Under the pieces are notes generated by a model that saw nothing but the letters and a program-made list of their open reading frames with translations, was not told the origin of the DNA and made no database searches. From contig CM119266.1 of assembly GCA_051294375.1 (NCBI GenBank), positions 19,851,657 to 19,915,656 of the forward strand: a stretch of DNA of 64,000 nucleotides, read 5' to 3'. Shown here one piece after another: positions 25,199-37,257 of this stretch; the first letter of the stretch is position 1; each line of letters opens with the position of its first letter. Origin of the DNA: Paraspadella gotoi. Taxonomy: Eukaryota; Animalia; Chaetognatha. Both the position numbers and the translations under genes were made by a program.

Positions 25199-25387
25199 AA
25201 TTTCTATGTACGCTAACGTATTAGGTTTTCTCTTCATTCTCGTGAACGTCGTAATTAACAAAAAGCAATTTTGCGATATTATTATACAAGTTACATTATT
25301 TTTCTCAAGGTACAACTTAAGCGTCCAAAATCCGAAGGTGGAGGAAGTAGTGCTACCTCGACGTCCACGAAAATTGTGTCGCAATAA
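17861..25387 (+). CDS. CELF1/2: CELF1/2 (CUGBP/Bruno/ETR-1 type) RNA-binding protein, 3' portion (divergent linker plus RRM3); multi-exon
   Basis: Spliced RRM3 [89 protein letters not shown]; AKVFIDKQT and VSYDN match the CELF1/2 rather than the CELF3-6 subfamily. Upstream Ala/Pro/Ser-rich exons join with compatible phases. RRM1/2 not seen in the window. Confidence 0.92.
19036..19542. mobile_element. Tc1/mariner-type MITE (507 bp)
   Basis: Imperfect ~26-bp TIRs cagggttcagacttgaaaattgcccc / ggggacaatcttcaagtcaaaaccctg; TA on both sides (19034-35, 19543-44); AT-rich non-coding interior. Confidence 0.8.
19612..19667 (+). CDS. CELF1/2: CELF linker exon (phase 1-0)
   Basis: tttcccctcag| ... cag|gtgagc; encodes (G)[18 protein letters not shown]. 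Confidence 0.7.
20095..20707. mobile_element. Foldback MITE (613 bp) with 8-bp TSD, hAT-like
   Basis: TIRs taaggcgtagtgaaagtt / aattttactacgcctta; gtgggcaa immediately flanks both ends; internal blocks are also inverted copies. Related partial copies at ~23340-23570, ~23687-23950 and ~26415-26700. Confidence 0.8.
20961..21291 (+). CDS. CELF1/2: CELF linker exon, Ala/Pro/Gly-rich (phase 0-1)
   Basis: ttttttacag|[34 protein letters not shown]...[14 protein letters not shown]...; donor a|gtacgg chosen by phase; GC-rich island in AT-rich DNA. Confidence 0.8.
21530..21829 (+). CDS. CELF1/2: CELF linker exon, Asn/His/Ala-rich (phase 1-1; alternative acceptor at 21581)
   Basis: Open frame [21 protein letters not shown]...[10 protein letters not shown]...LVAAEASP(G); acceptors aaag|21530 or tgtag|21581; donor cag|gtgccg is weak. 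Confidence 0.7.
24334..24405 (+). CDS. CELF1/2: CELF linker exon (72 nt, phase 1-1)
   Basis: cttgtttag| ... cag|gtgagc; encodes (G)[23 protein letters not shown]. Confidence 0.8.
24548..24571 (+). CDS. CELF1/2: Candidate 24-nt CELF microexon
   Basis: catcag|cgctcaatttgtcgtcgtcgttgg|gtaagt; frame-preserving, encodes ALNLSSSL. Confidence 0.5.
24716..24876 (+). CDS. CELF1/2: CELF RRM3 exon 1
   Basis: ctcacag|(V)[26 protein letters not shown]...[10 protein letters not shown]|gttaaa; contains RNP2 LFIYHL. Confidence 0.95.
25034..25135 (+). CDS. CELF1/2: CELF RRM3 exon 2
   Basis: ttttcag|[34 protein letters not shown]|gtggga; contains RNP1 KCFGFVSY. Confidence 0.96.
25310..25387 (+). CDS. CELF1/2: CELF terminal coding exon
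   Basis: tttctcaag|[25 protein letters not shown]; the stop TAA lies inside an AATAAA hexamer. Confidence 0.92.
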   Translation, partial: VQLKRPKSEGGGSSATSTSTKIVSQ

Positions 25388-27746
25388 AAATAAAAACAAC
25401 TAAAAACAAATGATAAAAAAAGCACAATGTATATTGCGTTTACGCCGTTTAAAAAGAATACAAAAAAAAAAACTATTTTTCTGAAAAGTTTCGAATTGAA
25501 AGAATATATATATATATTCGATGAAACACCACAATGACGCCATTGCCGCACTCCATGAATTCTGCATCCGCCTGCCTTAAATAGAAGTAAGTCAACACTA
25601 TTACATATTACAATATTTTTTATTTCTGTTTTTTTTTATCCAGTTTCAAAAGAATATTTTTTTTACAAATTTGTAGTATTTATTTATCGTCCTTACCATT
25701 GTTTTTTTTTAACCCAAAGATAAGTCAACAGAAAAAGGGTTTAAAAAATCAAAAAAAAAGAAAGCCAAAAAAAAATGTTTCTTCCCCTTCGGCGAATGTT
25801 TCGCCGCAGTTACTGTTCAGTCTCTGTTGCTATGGCAACCATTGCAACGTCGTTGTCGACGTCGTGGTTACCGACTCGAGATTAGAAGGAACCTCCCCGA
25901 CGGCGTAGCAAAAAGGCTAAGAGAGAGAGAGAGAGAGCAACGGGAAAAGTAATAAAAGGGAGGATGAGAGGTGAAAAGGAAGAGAGAAAAAGAGAGAAAG
26001 AAAAGGGGAACAACGACAAATGAAGTACGCGGTTTTTTTCGCAACGGTTGCTTAGCAACATTGGCGACTCTACAATTCTCTGACGATCTGTCGGTTACAT
26101 GTAGACAAATTGTTGCCGAATAATGTTCATCGATACGTCCGTAGGGTTAAGTAGGTGATTGAATGTTTTAACAACTAAGTGAAAGAGACCATCAGTGAAA
26201 GACTGTAAGTGAAATGAAAATTGGTTCCATCCAAACACAAATGGACAATATTTATGTATTCAATGAGAAATTGATTTATTTTTGAATTGCTCATTAATGG
26301 CAAAATTATATATAGGTAGCTTCGTAACGCTTGTAATAAATAACTTATGGCAATAAAAATAAACAAACGTTTACATGGTCAATCCAGTTTATCGCTTCCC
26401 TTCTGGATATCTAATAAGGCGTAGTGAAAGTTGCTCATCAAAATTTGAATAGTTGATCATGAACAGTCTTGTACTAATTTATAAAAAAAAATTTTCATTT
26501 AATTTTTCAATTTTCACATTAGCCCATATTTATACAAAATATTCACCAAAAAAAATTCTAAATTTAAATTTTGTTTCCTTTTTTTTAAAGACGATTGGAA
26601 TTCCTCATAAAAAGTTGCTAAAAGAAAAAATAAGTTTTAATCAAAGAATCTGTCATTAAGTTAGCTAAAAAGTAAAAAAAAACTATTTTTTTCTTTTTTC
26701 TAAGTTGTTCATTTTAAATGTCGATCTAAAACTCGTAGCAAAATAAAAATGGTTAAGGAAAAAGTTTATGTAAAACTTGACCCTGGATCTAAAGTCGAGG
26801 AGGATAAACGAGCGAGCGAGTCTACACGACCTTCTCGATTCAAATAGTATTTGTGTCTAATTAACATTTATAAAAGTGAGCATGTCAAGCAAGTCAAGCC
26901 AGTCATATTCTTCAGTCTTTAAGTTTTTGAGAAATGAGAGAGAAAATACAATTTTTGGTTCTCTTGCTTGAAATTCAAAATGTGACTTTTTTGTCAAAAG
27001 GAAAAAAGAGAGAGAAGATAGCCGACGACGACGATAATAACGACGTCGACGACTGAGGCTTCACTGTAGTTCGGTGAAAGGATTCTTTGTGACTAAGGGC
27101 ATCTTGATGACTGTGGTCAAAGTCTTGATTGAAAGCTTGCCATGTCATGTAAGAGTCATGAAGGCCTTATGCCACCAAAGCCTGTCCAGTGTCCAAAGTC
27201 AGAGGCAAAATACCTTATTTATTAAATGAATGGATTATTTTATATTGGTTGTACCATTTCATAAAACAGTGAGAACGAGATTCGAACTCGATTGAGGCGA
27301 AAACAATTGCGTGTTGCAATTAATAAAGGTCGAATTGAATTTTTAAAAAATGAAATAAAAAATAAAATCAATTTTGACCATTTTGTATCTTTCTCTACAC
27401 CGTTAGTCCATCAGCTTCCTTTCGCCTAAACTCTTCTTTCCTTCCTCCTTCCTCCTTTTCCAATCACCGGAATTGGCCCAGCGGCAGCGGCCTCTGATGT
27501 TCATCGTAGTAATGATATTAATCGTCGATTCTTGATGGCTCCATGACGCCATCAAAAAGGTGCCTCCGGCCTTCTTTCCGGTTCTCGCCATCGCCTCCTT
27601 TTTTTTATAGTCCACCCTTATTTTCTATATAAATATTTTTTATATTTTCTATATAAATATTTTTCCCTGCAATTTTTCAGAGCGCCTTCGTCGAATGGTC
27701 GATTTTAATGCGCGTTTTAGTCGCGCGAACATTCTACCTCTTTCTG

Positions 27747-27820
<74 letters not shown>

Positions 27821-30800
27821 GTAGTAATAAGTTCAAATGGGAAAAATATATACGAACACCTTCTAAATTTTCAGAACTGTTTTGTTCTGTGATTTATTTT
27901 AATCAAATCTGATTTTATTATTTATTTCCTTTTTGTCCAGGTTTGCGCCTACTTTTGCCTGGAAGGGGTAAACAACTCAGCATATTTTTTTCAACTAAAT
28001 ACATTATTGCAACTGTGGGACTTCCTTCATCAGAATTTTACGAAAAATGTTACGAAAACGTACGACACGTCAACAATTCCAACTAAATTAAAAATAGAAA
28101 ACAAGCTTAAAGAATTGAATATATACACAAAGTATAAAGATACGACGTTTCATCATTTCAACATTCATATCTCTCGTTCTTGCCATAAAAATCGAAATAA
28201 AAACACGGAGATCAGACGAGAGTGGTACCAAAAAAAAATCGTTGGATTAGTTGAAAAACTTTTTATTATGTTAATGTTTAAAAAGATTTGGAGTATTTAC
28301 GTGGGTATTACAAGTTCACATTTTATTTTTTACTGATTTATCGATTTCCAATTGAAAAATTCTCACTCTCTCTCCCTTTCTCCCACTTTCATTCCCCTTT
28401 TCCCTAATTTTCGACAAAATTGCCTTGTAATACGATTTATCAATTTTAATCAAAATATAGACAAAAATAGATTTAATTTCCTTCGAATACTTTACAGCAT
28501 ATATAAAGATAACCGCACTTATGAGGACCTTTCTTATGAAAGTTAATGTCTTTAACTAATTTTTTTATGTATTAATAATTTGGTAATCTGAATTTTAGCT
28601 TAAAATTTAAAAGTAATGGTAATTTACTTTAAAATATCAGCGAAGTAATGGTTTTATAAGCCTTTAAATCTTTTCATTGAGAAAATAAGCGTCAATTTTA
28701 AATTTGACTTTAGATTAAAATCCCTCGGCGTTCCCAAGAAACTTGGTCAGTAAGTGGTACTTCTATTATGTATTCTGCATTCAGTATCTATTTTTTGTAT
28801 CACTCAAATTTGAAATCCAAGTAAAAGATTTATCCGCGCAAATTGTAATATTGTCCTAGTTCCCAGACGCAAGTTACATTAACCCTCTTGTGTTTTTTTC
28901 ATACCCTCAATACAATTTTTTTCCAAACTCTTGAGCTTATCCACTTTTGATTATCTTTAAAAAAAACTTTATAAAGCTTACGTACAGTCATCCTTGTGTC
29001 CCGGAAAATTCTCAGATAACTAACCTCAAATTTAATTTCTTTATTTGTTAAACTTTTAAAGTTTGCGAATTCGAATTTGTATTTTTACTAGAGAAATTAA
29101 AAGCTTTTGTATGCTGTCTCGAAGAAAAAGATATTCACAGTTCCTGTGCCCAATGCCTCTGTCTCCACTGCAGTGCAACATATCATTGCTTAAAGTTAGT
29201 TGTTATTTCTTTTTCATTGTTGTCATGTACAGGATTACTGAAATTTCAGCCAATTAAAAAATCTGGAGAACATGGTAAAAACCTGAATGTGTCGCAAAGT
29301 TACTCTTGATCAACTTAAATATTAAATATAAAGGATTTTTTATTTTTTCGATGAAAGTTGTTAGCTGTTTAATACGTGACTGCTCTTTTCCAACTAAAGG
29401 TTTTATTTAAATCGGCAATAATAATGATCATTTCGCATGTGAATCAAAATTTTTTGAAAAGGACGCAAAAAAGAAAAAATTAAAATTATGTTCAGAAATA
29501 AAGATCGTTCTTGTTACAAAATTTGTAAATGAATTGTTAATCAATAAATCAAAAAAAATCCCTATGTTATCTCTCTCCAAGCATTATTTTTAGATAAAGT
29601 CAAGCCTCATTGTTTTGGTTGGAGCATATTTATTCGCTCATTCCCAAAAAAATGAAAGATAGTATGATTTTATACTAATCATACATCAAGATTATAAAAT
29701 CAAAAAATTCAGAATTAAATGTTCTTCGAACCATATCACTGTTACTCTTATTGCAACTGCATTCCGCTTTTGATTTTGCATTTTCTTGGAAAATAATTTA
29801 ATCATTCCAGTTCGATTTATGACAGGTTTTTCAACGCGGACAATTGATTCAAAATTTTTGGATTATACCCCTATTATATTCCTTTACCATAGTTCACTAT
29901 GCCCTCTACTTTCTTAGGTATAAATTAGTCACAGTGTATCATAATTGATTATGGCACTCTGTGATTAACCTGGTGGTACTCCTAATAGGTTTCTATAAGT
30001 TTGCTTTTAAAGCAAAAGCAAATTCCACTAAAGAGAATGTGCTTGTATAATCATAAAATACTTTTGTCCCTCTCCACCTTGAATACTCAATAAGAGTACA
30101 ATATATTCAATTTTACGATGCGTCGGATAAAGAACACGACATTAACCGGTACAGTATTCTGCTAATATTAATCTAACGATAAAATCTAAAAAATCTTCTT
30201 GAAAGTTTTTAGAGTTCATCATTTTTTAGAATTTTTCAATTCTTTTAATTAAGTTTTGAATACTGTATTACGTTGCTCTTTAATGAAGATGAGGTCTAAC
30301 ATCTTCAGAGAGTTATTCATTATTTTGAAATGAATGCTAAATGAATCAAACGAACTATCATGCCTTGATAGATAATATATACTTTTATCATCGTAAACAC
30401 ATAACCTGTTTAAAAATCGTTTTTACAGCGGTGATTCACGTTCAACCGTATTTGATAATAAGTTACATAATTTTTTTTTTATTTTATAAATGCACCGAAA
30501 GTAAAAATGATTTTTTTTTTTTGAACCGGTTTTACCAATATGATGTATCTTTTTATCATTTTCACTGACGAGGGTGGTTGCCGTTGTGGACCGTTCTCTC
30601 CCTTTTTTTTTATATTAATTACTTATCCACAAAGTCAACTTCCTTGGTGATTGTTTTACTTTGACATATTTCCGAAACTTGTTGGGATTTTTTTTTTTTC
30701 TCGCCCCCTTCTTTCCTACTCCCTCTCGTCCTCCTTATTTCCTACCGTTGACTCCAAAAAAAAAAAAAAAAAAAAAAAAGCGGAATCCGTTTAAAAAAAA

Positions 30801-32061
30801 TACTTATTCGCGTGTTTCTAAAGCATAATTAATAATTATTCGCCACCTACGTACTATCGGCATCGACGAGCCTTTGTGAATCTTTTTTTTTTTCTCGGAT
30901 ACGACAATCATTGTTTGGATTCTTTGAAGAAGTTTTGTTCGGAGGGAGATACTCTCCTCGTTTTTTGGGTTCGCAAAAGGCGATCATTTTTCGCCCGTAT
31001 TCACATCCCCCCCCCCAAAAAAAAACAACTGGTTTTTTAAAAAAAGAAGAGAAGTACGTTACTTTTTCTGCGTTTTGATGTTAGCCAAGGGATGTGTTAT
31101 TCGATTTTTTTTTCCCTATTATCCTATTATTTTGTTACGCATCGATTATTCGATCAAAATCGAACGAAAAAAAAAACATATCCCAAAAATTTATCATAAG
31201 TCGGTGCTGATTTTTTTCGTCTTAATCATTTCCTTACGATAATAAATGGTTCACATTAGCATTACATTATAGTTATACAAAAATACAATTAACTTATACA
31301 ACACCATGATTTTTGAAGAAAAAAAATTGGGTCCGTTTTTTGTAAATAAAATTGATCCTTATTAAATTTTAATCACCCAAAACGAAGAACTTTTGTTTTT
31401 TATTGATTTGGTCCAGTATCTAAACTTTTTATAGAGGTGACCGTCCTTTCCAAAGAGAGAGAGAAAGAGATAAATAGAGATAGGGGAAGGATACACAGAG
31501 ACAGAGAAAGACAGAGAGATTGTTGATATGAAAATTTTGACACAGAAATCCATGGAATGAAAGTTATATAAACCGGGGCTTTTTTAGACGGATAGAAACA
31601 AAGAAAGTCAGGAAGAAAATCACATTTCTCAGTGATAATATGATCAGGCAGATATAAAATACATCTATTAATTAATCAGTTTATAGTGATGACTTTCTGT
31701 TCCAATGTTTGAATTTTTGAAAATAATATGACTTGATATTTGATTAAAACGAAATTGTGATCGACAGACAGACTGACCCAAAAATGACTCATAGAGTCGC
31801 TCTGCGAGTACTCGTGGCGCATCTAAAGAAGAGAGAAAGGGAGTGAAAATTTAAGATAGAAGGAAAATCGGTGCATGCGATAGCAACGGGTAGACATCGT
31901 ATCTTTCTCGATTGTTGTCTTGAAAAGAAGGGAAGGGATTGAGACATGATTTTCGTCGGTGGTCAAGAGACCCAATACCTTCTATTTTCTCAGATACAGA
32001 TTTTTCGTCAATTTTTATTCTAATGTCGTCCTTTCTTCTCTTCCTCTCTCTCTCTCAATCT

Positions 32062-32135
32062 TTCATGCTCATCTCCTCATTCTCTCATGCTAATCTCCTC
32101 ATTCTCTCATGCTAATCTCCTCATTCTCTCATGCT
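32062..32135 (+). repeat. 22-bp tandem repeat, ~3 copies
   Basis: Unit tcatgctaatctcctcattctc. Confidence 0.85.
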
Positions 32136-33357
32136 TTTTTCCCGCCATCTTTTTGATTGTCCAAAAGGCCACATCTCTAAAGACTACGTTGGTACTGCTT
32201 CTCTATTTCCAAACGCGGTCGTGATCATTTCTTTCAGTCTTTGTAAAGAAAATACATAAAACGATAACCGTGGTAGATATTTATTTGTAAAACATTGAAA
32301 TGTATGTTAAAATTCTTTTCTTTTAGAATAGAAATTCTATCGGCTAGAAAATCTCATTCGAAAAGGTTTCCAACCGTCCTCTCTCTTTTCTTATTTCGCC
32401 AATCCTATTCTACGTTTCATTTCCTCTTCCCAAATCGGTCGCCATCTTTGCCGAATGCGCCCCATTTCAGCTCAAATTTAGAATTAATTTTTTTTTATGG
32501 TTTAAAAATTAGGCAAGGGTTTAAGAACAAATATAATATTAAGGATTAGGTTAGGGATTAGGATTTAAGGTTAAAATAAAGTTCGTGGATTAAAAAACAG
32601 AAAGAGTCGCTTCCGGAAAATAGTTCCTATCGGACTCCCTCTCTTGCGTTTACATTAATTCTGGATTTTGACCAAATCGTCTCTGCCTTCGATCAAAAAA
32701 GATACACGCAATAATAGACTAGTGTTTCCGATTTTTCGCCCAAAACTTCTCATGATTTCTTTAACTTTTTCTTATGCCATAATTCGTTTTCCTTAGTTGG
32801 CTGGATTTAGAAAATAACTTTAACATAGGGCGCCCGATGAAATGAATATGAGAAGTTAAGATCAGCGGTACAAGTTTGGTCCTATAACTGATATCACGTT
32901 ATGTGTTTGTTTTTTTAAAGGACTGTATAGTGTATACTTAGTACTTAGTTTTCATCCTCTAACCTTCTTAGAAGTAAATACTAGATATAACCAGATCCAA
33001 AAAACTCTCCTTGCAGTTCTGAAAGCCCTATAATTTAATTTGGTTTCATAATAGAATTAAAAATTTTTAAAAAATATTGAACTAAAGTTAATTTCTAGGG
33101 ACTAAAAAAAATTTTTTAAAAAATTCATAATATAATCGAGAAAGCAGAAAAAAATTAAGGTTTTTATTTATCAGAAAAGAGAATGATCGAACTTACTCAC
33201 CCTAATCACTTTTGTTAGCCCCATTTCCCCCCCAATGAGAAACTTTATTCTAATCTAACTAGTTTTATAAACTATAGTTCTATAAACTTGAAAAATAAAA
33301 AAAAACATAGAAAGTAAAGTAAAAAAACGGAAAAAGACACAAAAGAAAAAAGGAAAA

Positions 33358-33596
33358 TCATGGAGGACGATTAATATTCGCCAAACTCAACGACATCTCG
33401 TGGTCTTTCGTAACTGAAATGATACGTGGAATGGCGTTACGTGACTCGGCAGAGAGAAGGTTTGGGTTCGATGGAAGGTCATCCCAGACTTGACTTCCTT
33501 CCCATGACGAGACGATGGAGATGGCGTCGTTGTTGTGGTTCTCAGTCCTCGACATCCCTAGTGGGGTAGTCAACCGTTTTTCATTGGTGGCGTCTT
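33358..33596 (-). CDS. Possible terminal coding exon of an unidentified gene
   Basis: GC-richer island, non-repetitive open frame ctaag|(D)ATNEKRLTTPLGMSRTENHNNDAISIVSSWEGSQVWDDLPSNP...NINRPP*; no domain recognised; the copy at ~45960-46200 has indels. Confidence 0.25.
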
Positions 33597-35558
33597 AGCG
33601 AAGACTGCCTTCAGGTTTAGCAATACAGACAATTAGACATTGTCATTTTGACAACACATTATTAATGCGCATAATTCGGCATCATTTAGAGTTGAGTACC
33701 AATATATGCTGAATTGTGCATATGTTTCTTACTTGTGATCACGTAAAAAAAACGATCACTTGGAAAAAAAAGTCAACGCATTGTATCTCATTTAATAATT
33801 AGTCAACATACTGAATATTTCGCACAGAGGTTATGAATCCTTAACGCTAAATGTTTTATCCTGTGTAGTCAAGTGAACATAAACAACTACGGTCACGTGA
33901 TCAAACGCTGCTCACAACTATCTCTGAAATCTATAACATATTGAATTGCATCCATAAGACAATTAACGTCGGCAAAATCCGTAAATAATAGGATTTGTTT
34001 AAAATGCTAATGAAATTTTTTTTTTTAAATTTCTATAAAAATATTTAAGTGCGAATATGGTAACAATTTTAATGACTATATATCTATCATTATCTACAAT
34101 TCAACTGCTTTAATTTGAGACCACTCCTAACTTTCTACGGTTTCTCGTTTCTCAATTATTAATAAAATTTCATAAAAAAAATATGTTTTCTCCATATTTA
34201 TAAATTATAAACAAACTGAAGAAATCATCCAAAAATAATGATGATGATGTTTTTAAATGACTAGGATAGAAAAATAGAAAAATTATAGTCTTTTGTTTAT
34301 TAAAATGTTTTGGGTAGCTGGGTACTTATTAAAGTTTTGACCCACCTCGATGAGGACGGCAACTCATGCTATATAAGAACTATCATCCTGCAACCGATTT
34401 TGAGGACATAGCGGACTTTGCGAAATGGCAGGAAGCGAATTGACAGTCAAACCGACGATCGACGATATTGTGAACGATGAAGACGACGACGACGACTGCT
34501 GCCTGGTGGATGACGATGCTAACGACGATTTGGTAAACGACGACGATGACGACGACGACGAATAAGAGAATGAGATGACGTCGACGACGACCATTCGATT
34601 CCATCCGTCTGTCTGGTCAAATCCAGAAAAACTTTCATGCAACTTACGTTCCCCATATCTCAGGGTTTTTTTTTTGGTAGTTAATGGTAAGTCGATGCTT
34701 GGTCTACTTCCTCCGGAGGTAGGACGAGAGAGGGGGGAGAGAGATATGAGAAGGGGGGGGGAATAATCAATTCCTTTGATGGAAAAGAAGAAGGAAGAAA
34801 GTTTTTGTTTGGTTATATATGTTTATTCTTTTTTGCGATTTTTTTTTTTTTTTGCTTTTTTCAAAATGATGGATGAAAAATCAAAAAGCCCCGACGTTGG
34901 AAAAGGAAAATAAGTCAAAATGACGAAAAATGAAAATGTGTGACTGTAATCTTTGTTTATAGAACAAATTTGAATTTTAAGTATTTTTTTTTAAATCCAG
35001 CTTGTTCACTTTAGGAAAATAATCTAAGATTTTCATCTTGTTTTTTTGGCGAGATTCATTCGTTTGTTATCTAAAATCAAAAGTCTAAAAATGAATATTA
35101 TTTTATTCGATTCAAAATTTTTTTTTCAGACTTTCAACGCTTGAGGCTCGAGAAATAATTTTGTTTATTCGGTTGTCAGAGAAACTACAAAGTGAACTCA
35201 AGACTTAATCCCAATGTCAATAATAGGAGAGAAAGCGTTGTCTCTCTAACCCCGTTTCATTTCCTTGAGAGAAAGAATATACGGGAACCGGAAGGAGGGT
35301 CTCTTGAATTATGAACTACCTATTCGGCGAAGAACCGATGCCCAACATCAGAGCAAAACGAGAAAATGAAAAATATGAGGAAAAAAAAAGGAAGTAGAAG
35401 ATAAAGAGAGAAAAAATAAGGAAAAAAATAGAAAAAAGGAAAAAAAAAGAAAGGAAAGGAAAGGGGCATGGAAGAAAATTACGGTCATGGGAAAAATAGT
35501 CCAGAACAGGAGGAAAATAAGAAATGGAATGAACAAGGAAAAAAAATCTTTGATTTCC

Positions 35559-35592
<34 letters not shown>

Positions 35593-36639
35593 CTCTCTCT
35601 CTCTGCTCTCTCGTCTCTCTCTCTCCTTCTCTCTATCTCTCGCTGTTACCGTCATAATAAAAGTAATGATATTATGTGTTGAGAAAAGCAAAGGAAAATT
35701 GAGTCGTAACCGGAAGAAAATTTGCGGAACAAAACGTTCTATAAGAATTATCCCCAGTTCAACAGGAAAAAAAAAGTTTTTACAAATCAAAGGGGAAAAA
35801 TTTCGTTGCTCAAGAAACTAATTTTACTTTTCCAATTGAGAAAAAAAAAAAATTTTAATAGGTAAATATACAACCCGATATAAATTCGCTTGTAAAATAA
35901 AAAAAAATATCTGAACCACAAAAGAAGCAAAATATATGTATAAGGGGAAAAAAAATTGGAAGATGCGAAACGAAAGAAAAGGGAAGATTTCGTGACTTTT
36001 TTTCTTTCATTATAATATCTTTTTTTTTCTTTTTTTTTCTTTCATTATAATATCTTTTTTTTATTCTTTTTTTTTCTTCTTGACCTTGCACAAAATGGAG
36101 GGCAACTACTTTCTCTTCCTTCTCTTCGCCAAAAGAAAAAAAAAAGCCGGTATACGTATCCATATTTGGTGCGCGACTTTTTTTTTATCAACTCCGAAAT
36201 CTTTTTGAACAATTTGCCTGTCGAGGGGGGAGGGTAAAAATTCCCTTTTCTTATCTTTTTCTTTTTCTTTCCTTCTTTTCCTTTCCTCCTTTTCCTTTCC
36301 CTTATTCTCAATCTTCTCTTTAAAAACCTTTTTCCCCAATTTCAATGTCTCATTCATTCTCCATCTCTTTATCGCTTTCCTCCATTTTTTCTTTTTTTTC
36401 CTCCCTTCCTCCCTTTATCAACTTCGCCATTTTATTTCTAATACCAGATGTAAACGTATCAAACTCTCCCTTTGCTCTTTATTTTCTTTTATTCCTCTAA
36501 ATCTCCCGTTTCTTTTCTTTTCTTTTTTTTTTGTTCCTTTATTCTTTCCTTCTCGTTTCCTCCCTATTTCTCTTCCTTCATTCGCCTTCAGGACAAAACA
36601 ACATTCACAAATCTTCTCTCCCCTTTTTTCCTCTTTTCT

Positions 36640-37105
36640 TCATTCTTTCCACACCCCAAGACCTAATACCCCCAAGACCCCCAAGACCCCTAAGACCTTC
36701 TTGACTTTCCCTCTCTTCTCTTTATTCTTTCCACCACCCCAAGACCTTATACCTTCTTGACTTTCCCTCTCTTTTCTTTCTTCTTTCCACACCACCCAAG
36801 ACCTAAGACTTCTTTGACTTTCCCTCTCTTCTCTATATTCTTTCCACCACCCCAAAACCTAATACCTTCTTGACTTTCCCTCTTCTTCTCTTTTATTCTT
36901 TCCACCACCCCAGACCTATACCTTCTTGACTTTCCCTCTCTTTTATTTCTTCTTTCCACCACCCAAGCCTAATACCTTCTTGACTTTCCTCTTTTTTTCT
37001 TCTTTCCACCACCCCAAGACCTAATACCTTCTTGACTTTCCTCTCTTTTCTTTCTTCTTTCCACGACCCCAAGACCTAATACCTTCTTGACTTTCCCTCT
37101 CTCAA
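36640..37105 (+). repeat. ~57-bp pyrimidine-rich minisatellite, ~8 copies (duplicated at ~49220-49675)
   Basis: Unit tctttccaccaccccaagacctaataccttcttgactttccctctcttttctttct. Confidence 0.9.
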
Positions 37106-37257
37106 CACGCCGAGATATAAATCCTTCCCTTTCTTTCCTCTCACCCCACAGCATCAACGACGGGCGAAGATCAGGTGAGCAATTTTTTTCGAGCTGGCTT
37201 CTGAATAAGCGATGATGTAACGTATTTGTCTTNNNNNNNNNNNNNNNNNNNNNNNNN

